IMG/VR virus record: IMGVR_UViG_2786546882_000003
Coordinates: 36,063-100,062 of that record
DNA from: a virus
Taxonomy: Duplodnaviria; Caudoviricetes
DNA: 64,000 nt
Strand: one strand, 5' to 3'
The position numbers were made by a program, and so were the translations under genes. The notes beneath the pieces are model-generated. The model was not told the origin of the DNA and searched no databases. It saw only the letters and a list, made by a program, of their open reading frames with translations. Each line of letters starts with the position of its first letter. Positions within the stretch are counted from its first letter, which is position 1. Shown here one piece after another: positions 37,950 to 45,696 of this stretch.

Positions 37950-40900
37950 GGTTGATCTTCTCCGAGCTGCTAGGCTAGGCACTACGCCAGCCATCCAGGA
38001 CAACGAAAAAAAGCAGCAGCGACTAACTCCGATCAGGGCGGCTACTAACCGCGCTGAGCCAGATCAGTCTATCTTATCAAGTCTTGCTAGTACAGGCTTG
38101 AGTGGACTGGCGAAAGTCGGGAACTTTTTGGACCTTCCTGGTTCGGTCGTGCGCGATGTCAGCACCTGGCTCCCAGGCGGAATCGAAGCGCAGAATCCAG
38201 TCGATCAGTTTCTTTCCCCATTCACTTCAGAGAACCGTGTCTCCGGCGAAGACATGCTCCAGTCAGCAGGTCTTGCTGGCGAGAACACTTGGGGCGGATT
38301 GGCTGGTGGAATCGCAACCGAAATCGCGCTTGACCCTTTGACTTATTTGAGTTTTGGCGCGTCGGCTGTCGGAAAAGCTGGAACAGCCGCTGGCAAGGCT
38401 GGCCTCACTAAGAACGCCAAGTCGGTCGCGAACGAACTTGCTGGCCGAACTCTAGGCAAGGAGTCAGGCAAAAGGCTTGGTGCTACCAGCGCGAGGCAAA
38501 CGCTAACGCCGCGCAATCTGATTGACGCTGCTGCGGATCCAGCGGAAGCGATGAAGCGATTCAAGGTGGCTGGTGGCACTGATGCGATGCTCGATGAGAA
38601 GCTCGGTGGAGTTGCGAAGTTTTCTGTTCCATTCTTGTCGAAGCGATACGGAGATACTGTCCCCGCCCTGCGCGAACGAGTCCTGGGGACTACCGACCTG
38701 ACGCCTTCGCAGCTCGGCGCTAAGCCTTGGATGAAGGGTGGCGATGGCCCAAGCGGTCCCGATGCAGGTAGTGCCGCAAAGCCAAAGTCACCTCTGGATC
38801 CGAATGCTGACACTGGCCTGAAGAACCCGACGCCTGAAGAGTTCTCGGCTATCTCTCCGAACCACGCTCGGTTCAACCAAGAACTAGATGGTCTTCAACA
38901 GAGTGGTATTCTTGACGACGCTGACTCTGAGATCCTTCGCGGAATCTTTAGCCAATCAGACCTTGGCGGATTCGATCGAGTTTACTTCCGTCCAGTCAAA
39001 GAGATCTCGCCTGAGGCTACTCCCGAGATCGTGTCTGCATACGGCGCGAATGTTCCAGAAATTGGCGGTGCTGCAACAAAGACTCCCGATGGCGGATTTG
39101 ATATCCAGCTTTCTCAAAAGGCGCTGGCTGATGGAAACTACGTCGACACCGGAATTGACACTCTCGTTCATGAGATCGGCCATGCTTTTTTGGAGACAAC
39201 GAAGAAGCCACAGGGCGAGGCTGGCGTTGATGTTGTTTCTGAGTTCGACAATCTGATCAAAGACGGGACTCTCGGTCGATACTTCTCCGACAACTACGGC
39301 CCTGAGAAGGCAGCATACTTCGGACAAAATCCGCACGAGGCATTCGCTCAACTGTTCGCCGACTCGGTTATCAAGCGCAAGGGCCAAGAGATGCCCAAGC
39401 CAATCGAGTCATTCTTGGGCAAGGTGCGCAAGTTTGTTTCAGACATGCTCTCAAAGGTCCTTGGAAACAAGCAGCTGAGCGGTGAGGCAAGGCTGCGAAC
39501 CGATGCGATGATTGACTTGGTCGGAGGATTTATCGGTCCAGATCAATACAAGTCGATTATCGGAAAGGCTGACTCTGCATCGTCCAAACTGGATTTCTAC
39601 AAGCCAGCTACGAGAAAGATGCCTGGCATCGAGCCTGATGCCACTGGGATGTTCAGTCAAGTCGCCAGATCTCTTGACGCCATATTCCGCGAGTCGAGTT
39701 CGCTTCCTGCTGACCAGATGCTTGCTAGGCTGAGAAAAATGCCTGGAGTCAAAGAGGAGGAGATTGCTGACCTTGGTCTTGACAAGCTCAGTGGAAAGCG
39801 ACTCAGTCGAAATGACATCACTGACCACCTCAGCAAAAACATGCTCACCATGGAGGAGGCGATCAATACTGGAGACCGCGCTGGTTTCAGTGATCTTGCA
39901 GTTCCTGGTGGCGATGATGGAACTTACCGAGAACTTATCCTCAAGGCCAATGCAGGTGGAAAGCGAATTGAGGGCGGCGCCGATACTCACTGGATGGGCG
40001 ATGATTCGATTGCGCATATCCGGCTTGACGATGTTTCGCTTGCGAACGGAGAGAAGATTCTGCGAGTCAATGAGATCCAGAGCGATTGGATCCAGGGGCT
40101 GCGCAAGTTCGGAACGAAAACCGAAGATTTGCAAAGCGAAGCGAAGTCCATCAAGAAGGAAATGTCTGGCAACGCAGTTGAGCTTTTTCTCACAAGGCAG
40201 CAGATCAAACAGCTTGGAGAAAACGCACCCCCAGAGTTGCTTGCAAAAGAACAGTCATTGACTCAGAGTGTCGAGCAAGCAAGCTCTCGCATAACTCAGA
40301 TCGGAAAGATGCCAGCCGATGCCCCGATGAAGAAGTCGTGGGACAGCATGGCCATCAAAAAGATCTTCGACTATGCAGTCGCAAATGGGTATGACGGAGT
40401 TTCATTCGTCGACGGCCAGGATATCGCAAAGGTTGTTCAAGGTCCTGCTGATGCACTAAGTGGCTTCTATAACAAGGTTCAAACTCTCGCCGGAAAAATT
40501 GCAAAGAAATACGGAAGCGGAAAGGTATCGAACGAGAAGCTGGCCGGTCAATTCATCAACGACAGCGAGGAATTGCGCCGTGGTGTGACGTTCCCTGTCA
40601 CGGACGAGATGCGAAACACGATTGGCTCAGGTGGACAGCCGAGATACAAACCAGCGGAAAAAGTGGCCGAAGCCGCCAGCGCTGCTAAACAAGGAGCAAC
40701 TAAGGCGGCATCGTACGCAAACGACATGGCAAGGAGAGCGTTGTCGTCAGTCGGTGAGCTTGCGCTAGATAAAGATCTTGGTGCTGCTGTCGGCGCCACA
40801 ATGGACACTGTTGGAGGATTCTTCAAAAACTCTGCGCCAGTGAGATACCTTCGCGCCACCATCACCCCAGAGATGCTTGGCGCTTCAACCGAGCTTGGGC

Positions 40901-43746
40901 AGGAGATCGGCCAAAAGCGATTCGAGGCTTTGCAAGAGACGAAATATGAGATGCGGAAGCGAATGTTTCCGATCGCAAAGCAATTCCTCCAGAGCGAAGC
41001 ACTTGACTACGAAAAGCTCGTCGAAAAGCTTGGCGATGCGAAGAAGGCAAGAGGCGTTCTTAACACGAATTACCTGGAGGTGACTCGCTATCTTGAAGGT
41101 GGCACGGAACTTCTGGCTAAGGGCCAATCTCCAAAACTACCCGACGAACTGAAGCCGCTCATTCCTGCGATGGATGACATTCGCACTGCGCTGGATGAGA
41201 TCAGGCAGACCGAAATCAACAGCGGCCTCAAGTCTCCTCAGCTGGACGACATGTTCATCGACTACTTGCCTCGCCAGTTACAAGGGTTCCCGAACGACAA
41301 GTCGACTGGTTCTGGGAACTTAGGCAAGTTGTTTGAATTCGGAACTCCTTACCAGAAGCAACGCAAAGAATTTTTGCGAAATCTTCCAGGCGGAACATCC
41401 TCGATCAACAAACTGTCTCTTGATCCGCTTGTTTCGGGAATCGCCCATAGCTACCCTGGGTCTAAGATACCGGACGATGTCCTTCAGGAAGCAAAGAAGT
41501 ACCTGCGTGAATCATACGGCGGTGGTCAAGCAGGAAATAGAGAGCGAGATAGTATCTTCCATCTTGACATGGATGACAACAACAACGACTTGGATAAGCT
41601 TGCTCGGTGGATCACTGGTCTAGATCCAAGACATGCTGAACTCCAGGTTCCTGTATTCAAGCTTGATCCTGTTCAAAACGTGATGAACCGAATCGAATCT
41701 GGGCTTGCAGCGTCTTCGGCTGCTGATTTTACCACTGCGATGATTGCAAAAGCGGCTACCGAAGCTGGCGAAAATATATCAGATCCGAACTTGTACGATA
41801 TCCTGGTGGATAAGTTTGCAGTCGACGGCGCGGACGGCGACAAGATCAAGGAAATCGTCATCGGAAAGATGGGAGAAACCTTTCAGACTAAGCGTTTCGC
41901 GATGCAAGATGCTGCTGACAAGCTTGCGAGATCTCAGGTCGATGAATTGATTGCGAAATCGAATGTTACTGAAGATGGGATCTTGTTTGACGAGCCAGTC
42001 GTTGGTTCGATCGGTACAAGCAAGGCTAAGTTCCTCGGTGTCAAGGGTGATCAAGTTATCTATCAGTCTTCTGGCAAGAAAGGCTATGCTCCGCTTGACT
42101 CCATCGGTGGAAAAACTGTATCAGAAAACGATGTTCTCAAACAGTTTTCTATTCCTCAGCAACTGAGTGATGCGACATTCAGGTATCTCAAGGGGTTTAC
42201 TTCGCCTGAGGCACCCGATGCTATTCGCAAAGCACTGGGTCAAATCACTAGCCTATATAAGAGTCAGTTGACGATTCCTTGGCCAGCGTTCCATGTGCGC
42301 AACCTGCTGAGTGGTCAGTATGCAAACTGGCTGAACAACGCAACTGACCCTCGATATTCCGGTCCTCGCGCGATGGTCGAGCCGATTCGCGATGCGGACA
42401 GAGTTTTCAGAGGAGAATCCATACCTGACATCCTGAGCATTCCAGCGATTAAGGAGCTGGGGATAACCGATGAGTCTCAGGCTATGGAGTGGCTGCGCCA
42501 GGAGATCTTTGCAAACAAGCTTGTCGACTTTGGCCAAGGGATTTCAGCAGAGGCAGCTGCGAACAACTTGTCAGATATTCGCTCTCAGGTTGTCGGCCAA
42601 GTTCCGAAGAAGCGACGAGACATACTCGCTAAGTTGCCTCCGAGGCCGATTGGCGCATCGAAAGCGCAATCGTTCAATCCGTTGGCCGGAGCAGGAATCC
42701 TTGGTGCGACAGAGGATACATTTGGTCCGTATCGCTGGGGTCGGCAGGTTGGTGCATACACCGAGGGAATGAACCGCATTGCTCCTTTCATAGCATTTCT
42801 TCGGCAGGGGATGGACTCGCAAGAAGCTATGCGTCGAGTTCTTGCTGCACAGTTCGACTACAGCAAGATGACTCCGGCAGATCGTGACATCAAATTGTTG
42901 ATTCCGTTTTATGGATTTTCGCGAAACGTCCTGCCGTTCGTCGTCGGCAATCTTGTTCGCGATCCAGGCGGCGCGTTAGGGATGACAGTTCGCGCCACAA
43001 GAAACGCATCGGCAAGTCAGCCGTTGCCAGACTATCTTGCTGGCCAAACTGCAATCCCGTTTGGTACGCGAGGTGATGTGTCGGAGGGTAATTCGTCGTT
43101 CCTGACAGGATTTGGATTGCCGCACGAAGACACTCTTGGTCTGGCTGGTCTAGTAACAGGCGATCCAGCAGATGGCTTCAGGAATATTTTGTCTCGGATG
43201 AATCCGCTTGCCAAATCGCCGCTTGAATTGGCGTTTGGTGAGTCTACTTTCTTTGATGCCCCTGGAGGTGGGAGAGCACTGAAAGATCTTGATCCATTGG
43301 TTGGCCGTATTGGATCGAATATCAAAGACTTGGCGACTGGGTCTGATACCATGCGTGCTCAACCAGTCATGGGATCTCCATTACTAGAGCATGCGTTAGC
43401 TAACAGTCCGTTCAGCCGCGTCTTGACGACAGCGAGAACTATTACCGATCCAAGAAAGTGGAAGAACCCACTGAAACTTGGCCTCAATCTAGGCACAGGG
43501 ATGAGAGTGACCGACGTAAGCGAAAGCTCATGGGACGCAACAGTCAGCGACTTGATCTCAGAGAGAATGAGAGAGCTAGGCAGTCGCGATTTTGTCAGGA
43601 GCTATTTTCCGCAATATGCGCAAGAAGCAATGACAGACGAACAGCTTTCAGAAGCAAACTCACTGGAAGAGTTGATGAACTGGTTAGCGAATAGAGCTAA
43701 ACAGCGCAAGGCCGATCGAGAGGCTAAAGCCAATGCGCAAAACTAA
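37948..43746 (+). CDS. giant internal virion / polyvalent-type protein (1932 aa) with zincin domain
   Basis: TLVHEIGH...HEAFAQLF; GVKEEEIADLGL, YRELIL, AHIRL, RVNEIQSDW, DAPMKKSW; C-terminal PAFHVRN, FDYS, IPFYGF. Confidence 0.75.
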   Translation: MVDLLRAARLGTTPAIQDNEKKQQRLTPIRAATNRAEPDQSILSSLASTGLSGLAKVGNFLDLPGSVVRDVSTWLPGGIEAQNPVDQFLSPFTSENRVSGEDMLQSAGLAGENTWGGLAGGIATEIALDPLTYLSFGASAVGKAGTAAGKAGLTKNAKSVANELAGRTLGKESGKRLGATSARQTLTPRNLIDAAADPAEAMKRFKVAGGTDAMLDEKLGGVAKFSVPFLSKRYGDTVPALRERVLGTTDLTPSQLGAKPWMKGGDGPSGPDAGSAAKPKSPLDPNADTGLKNPTPEEFSAISPNHARFNQELDGLQQSGILDDADSEILRGIFSQSDLGGFDRVYFRPVKEISPEATPEIVSAYGANVPEIGGAATKTPDGGFDIQLSQKALADGNYVDTGIDTLVHEIGHAFLETTKKPQGEAGVDVVSEFDNLIKDGTLGRYFSDNYGPEKAAYFGQNPHEAFAQLFADSVIKRKGQEMPKPIESFLGKVRKFVSDMLSKVLGNKQLSGEARLRTDAMIDLVGGFIGPDQYKSIIGKADSASSKLDFYKPATRKMPGIEPDATGMFSQVARSLDAIFRESSSLPADQMLARLRKMPGVKEEEIADLGLDKLSGKRLSRNDITDHLSKNMLTMEEAINTGDRAGFSDLAVPGGDDGTYRELILKANAGGKRIEGGADTHWMGDDSIAHIRLDDVSLANGEKILRVNEIQSDWIQGLRKFGTKTEDLQSEAKSIKKEMSGNAVELFLTRQQIKQLGENAPPELLAKEQSLTQSVEQASSRITQIGKMPADAPMKKSWDSMAIKKIFDYAVANGYDGVSFVDGQDIAKVVQGPADALSGFYNKVQTLAGKIAKKYGSGKVSNEKLAGQFINDSEELRRGVTFPVTDEMRNTIGSGGQPRYKPAEKVAEAASAAKQGATKAASYANDMARRALSSVGELALDKDLGAAVGATMDTVGGFFKNSAPVRYLRATITPEMLGASTELGQEIGQKRFEALQETKYEMRKRMFPIAKQFLQSEALDYEKLVEKLGDAKKARGVLNTNYLEVTRYLEGGTELLAKGQSPKLPDELKPLIPAMDDIRTALDEIRQTEINSGLKSPQLDDMFIDYLPRQLQGFPNDKSTGSGNLGKLFEFGTPYQKQRKEFLRNLPGGTSSINKLSLDPLVSGIAHSYPGSKIPDDVLQEAKKYLRESYGGGQAGNRERDSIFHLDMDDNNNDLDKLARWITGLDPRHAELQVPVFKLDPVQNVMNRIESGLAASSAADFTTAMIAKAATEAGENISDPNLYDILVDKFAVDGADGDKIKEIVIGKMGETFQTKRFAMQDAADKLARSQVDELIAKSNVTEDGILFDEPVVGSIGTSKAKFLGVKGDQVIYQSSGKKGYAPLDSIGGKTVSENDVLKQFSIPQQLSDATFRYLKGFTSPEAPDAIRKALGQITSLYKSQLTIPWPAFHVRNLLSGQYANWLNNATDPRYSGPRAMVEPIRDADRVFRGESIPDILSIPAIKELGITDESQAMEWLRQEIFANKLVDFGQGISAEAAANNLSDIRSQVVGQVPKKRRDILAKLPPRPIGASKAQSFNPLAGAGILGATEDTFGPYRWGRQVGAYTEGMNRIAPFIAFLRQGMDSQEAMRRVLAAQFDYSKMTPADRDIKLLIPFYGFSRNVLPFVVGNLVRDPGGALGMTVRATRNASASQPLPDYLAGQTAIPFGTRGDVSEGNSSFLTGFGLPHEDTLGLAGLVTGDPADGFRNILSRMNPLAKSPLELAFGESTFFDAPGGGRALKDLDPLVGRIGSNIKDLATGSDTMRAQPVMGSPLLEHALANSPFSRVLTTARTITDPRKWKNPLKLGLNLGTGMRVTDVSESSWDATVSDLISERMRELGSRDFVRSYFPQYAQEAMTDEQLSEANSLEELMNWLANRAKQRKADREAKANAQN

Positions 43747-43910
43747 CATCCTCCAGCTCGAACACAAATCTGTCTACGAATGTTTTCAATCTTGTCCGGT
43801 GCAGCAGCAGGTCAGCACTAGCGCCTCCGCAGTATACTCCCTGCATGGCACTTCGCATTCCTATGAACTGATGCTTGGATAGTCGAAGCGTTGACATGAG
43901 TGGAGACATT

Positions 43911-44002
43911 AAAAACCTTGACTTATCTTACCATGTCGTACCATAACGTAACCCAACCCAACGGAACATGCTTTAACTTAACAAAGCAAAACTCGCGTTA
44001 AC
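43911..44002 (-). ncRNA. pentamer guide unit E (17 triplet+NN repeats, tail GTCAAGGTTTTT)
   Basis: - strand: gttAA cgcGA gttTT gctTT gttAA gttAA agcAT gttCC gttGG gttGG gttAC gttAT ggtAC gacAT ggtAA gatAA gtcAA ggttttt. Confidence 0.8.
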
Positions 44003-44010
44003 CGGCGATA

Positions 44011-44490
44011 CTACTTATTGAAAAGACTAAGTGTCTCTCCAATAGAAATCTCACTTGTAGACTTCTGGACCTTTGTTGCGATCTTTTTCGCAGATGTCTT
44101 CTTTGAAAACAGCGATATAGCTCCCATCTGCGCCGAAGCTACCACATGCTGTCTCTTGTAATCTTCCGGAAGAGAGTCGAACTTAACGACACTCAGTTTG
44201 TCGAGAGTCCTTTTTGACGCCCGAAGTATCCTAACTCTGTCGCTTTCGGTTGTGTCGACAATCTCCTCGTCATCGAGTCGCTTTAGCCCAACCCCTCGCT
44301 CTACCCCGAAGACAATACCACATTCGAGCAGTAAGCTTCGCCTCGCCGTGACTAGCGATGAAGATGCATGCTTACGCACGTCCCGGCCAATGGCCGTGCT
44401 AATTTCATCGTATGTTATTAACTGACCGACACTGGCAGCTTTGAGCATAGACTCAATAATTCGAGTGTCGGATGATTTTTCGTGGATCAT
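44011..44490 (-). CDS. accessory protein of the RAMP/pentamer locus, winged-helix-like N-terminus
   Basis: GQLITYDEISTAIGRDV...VFGVERGVGLKRL; embedded between units D and E. Confidence 0.65.
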   Translation of the reverse strand: MIHEKSSDTRIIESMLKAASVGQLITYDEISTAIGRDVRKHASSSLVTARRSLLLECGIVFGVERGVGLKRLDDEEIVDTTESDRVRILRASKRTLDKLSVVKFDSLPEDYKRQHVVASAQMGAISLFSKKTSAKKIATKVQKSTSEISIGETLSLFNK

Positions 44491-44523
44491 GGTGCATCTT
44501 CATCCTGAAAGGATCGTTATCCG

Positions 44524-44616
44524 AAAAAACCTTGACTTGTCTTGGCGCACTGCAACCAAACGAAACATAACGCAACAGGACCAAACAAAACGAGCCCTAA
44601 CGAAACGCAATGCGTT
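44524..44616 (-). ncRNA. pentamer guide unit D
   Basis: - strand: aacGC attGC gttTC gttAG ggcTC gttTT gttTG gtcCT gttGC gttAT gttTC gttTG gttGC agtGC gccAA gacAA gtcAA ggtttttt. Confidence 0.78.
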
Positions 44617-44621
44617 GAAAT

Positions 44622-44704
44622 AAAAAACCTTGACTTGTCTTACCAAAGCGCAACTCAACTCAACGAAACCAAACCCAACCTGACCCAACGAAACTAAACG
44701 CGAC
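44622..44704 (-). ncRNA. pentamer guide unit C
   Basis: - strand: gtcGC gttTA gttTC gttGG gtcAG gttGG gttTG gttTC gttGA gttGA gttGC gctTT ggtAA gacAA gtcAA ggtttttt. Confidence 0.8.
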
Positions 44705-44725
44705 TAATTGTATTGTTGTTGTGTT

Positions 44726-44813
44726 AAAAAGCCTTGACTTACCTCTCCGTGTCACAACGCAACTCACTCCAACGCAACCATACTCAGCACAACGCATCTA
44801 AACACAACGAGAA
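44726..44813 (-). ncRNA. pentamer guide unit B
   Basis: - strand: ttcTC gttGT gttTA gatGC gttGT gctGA gtaTG gttGC gttGG agtGA gttGC gttGT gacAC ggaGA ggtAA gtcAA ggcttttt. Confidence 0.78.
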
Positions 44814-44825
44814 TCAGTGCCAAGA

Positions 44826-45383
44826 CTAAACCCAGTCAACATCCTCAACGGAAAATCGACCGTAATAGCCGTTGTTTCTTGGGCGGAATCTGCCAACTCC
44901 GATGAACGAACCGGCGTCACGAAGGTGCTCAGTGAATACGTCTTTCGTGATAATCTCGTCAAGCACTAGGAACTCAACGACACCATCCCAATTCTGAACA
45001 AGCGGAAAGCACTTCTCTACTCGCTTGCTTCCTCCGCGCCGACCGTCGCTTGGAACGTGCAGCCATTCTCCGTGGATGTCGTCGATCTTTGTGTCAAGAA
45101 CGAGCGGCTCGACCACAAGAATCCCGGCTTCAAAGTGCTTTGTAAATGTTGACTTTCCTTTGCCTGGGATCTGGATTGATTTGTACTTTGCGGCTTCGGC
45201 CAGGCAGTTCTTAAAGCACATTGGTGGAATGAACAAATTGCCTTCTTTTGTAACGTGGCAGCGTTCTTTCCACACTCGCTTTTCAAAGTCTGCGTGAGTC
45301 TCGTCGCGACTCTTTTCGGACTGAATGAATCGGCCTTGGGAGTACGGGCTTGCACTCTTCAGGCGGCAGATTGCTTTCTTCAC
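44826..45383 (-). CDS. stand-alone RAMP/Cas7-like RNA-binding protein (Vipr-like), 185 aa
   Basis: N-terminal strand ICRLKSASPY, FIPPMCFKNCLAEAA (RAMP yiPg.s.Kg.l motif), C-terminal Gly-rich loop AGSFIGVGRFRPRNNGYYGRFSV; GTG start inferred. Confidence 0.75.
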   Translation of the reverse strand: MKKAICRLKSASPYSQGRFIQSEKSRDETHADFEKRVWKERCHVTKEGNLFIPPMCFKNCLAEAAKYKSIQIPGKGKSTFTKHFEAGILVVEPLVLDTKIDDIHGEWLHVPSDGRRGGSKRVEKCFPLVQNWDGVVEFLVLDEIITKDVFTEHLRDAGSFIGVGRFRPRNNGYYGRFSVEDVDWV

Positions 45384-45463
45384 AGGTATTCTCGCATCTT
45401 CAAGTATCACAGCAGACGAAAGGCACTGCTGACTGCCTTTGTGCTCATGCACATGACAAGACA

Positions 45464-45491
45464 ATCATACCCAAGTTGCGGAAGACGTCAA
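45464..45491 (-). promoter_or_regulatory. sigma70-type promoter of the RAMP gene
   Basis: - strand TTGACG, 16 nt, TATGAT. Confidence 0.7.
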
Positions 45492-45502
45492 CCAAAATCC
45501 AC

Positions 45503-45532
45503 AAAAAAATCCCAGGCTTGGGACCTGGGATT
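45503..45532 (-). terminator. intrinsic terminator after guide unit A
   Basis: - strand AATCCCAGG-loop-CCTGGGATT then TTTTT. Confidence 0.75.
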
Positions 45533-45624
45533 AAAAACCATGACATACCGTGACAGAACTCATCGTACTTTAACACAACGCATCTTGACGTATCAGGACG
45601 TGCTACGCCGTACGTCGACGTGTT
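45533..45624 (-). ncRNA. pentamer guide unit A
   Basis: - strand: aacAC gtcGA cgtAC ggcGT agcAC gtcCT gatAC gtcAA gatGC gttGT gttAA agtAC gatGA gttCT gtcAC ggtAT gtcAT ggttttt. Confidence 0.75.
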
Positions 45625-45628
45625 GATC

Positions 45629-45682
45629 AAAAAACCCAGCGCCGCAAGCTAGGAGGGTGGCATTGTGCCCGCGGCGCTGGGG
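45629..45682 (-). terminator. terminator-like hairpin after the 45697-46203 gene
   Basis: - strand CCCAGCGCCGC...GCGGCGCTGGG then TTTTTT, with a long loop. Confidence 0.55.
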
Positions 45683-45696
45683 TGCTGGTTGAATCG

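Noticed and set aside
40372-40404. YAVANGYDGVS as the target of unit B
   Set aside because: Five dinucleotides match but the centre is mismatched; the 45772-45816 site fits slightly better and neither is decisive.
41911-41955. AADKLARSQVDELIA as the target of unit D (also ANDMARR near 40720)
   Set aside because: Only about 5/15 dinucleotides match in Ala/Glu-rich sequence, within chance.
43724-43909. 61-aa - strand ORF after unit E
   Set aside because: No clear RBS or motif and it overlaps the end of the giant gene, so it cannot be supported.
44500-44688. 62-aa ORF over units C and D, and similar ORFs at 44441-44623 and 45445-45630
   Set aside because: By-products of the pentamer repeats; the 5-nt period is out of step with codons.
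43911-44740. Repeated AAAAACCTTGACTT read as + strand sigma70 -35 boxes
   Set aside because: There is no consistent -10 box or + strand gene downstream. The motif is in register with the pentamer arrays and is better read as their - strand 3' tail.
44524-44813. Simple microsatellite (CAAAC)n
   Set aside because: Two adjacent positions vary freely while three are constrained, unit length and tail are conserved, and the variable positions decode to gene homologues.
43911-45624. Classical CRISPR array
   Set aside because: No 25-45 bp identical repeats with unique spacers and no cas1/cas2; the periodicity is 5 nt.
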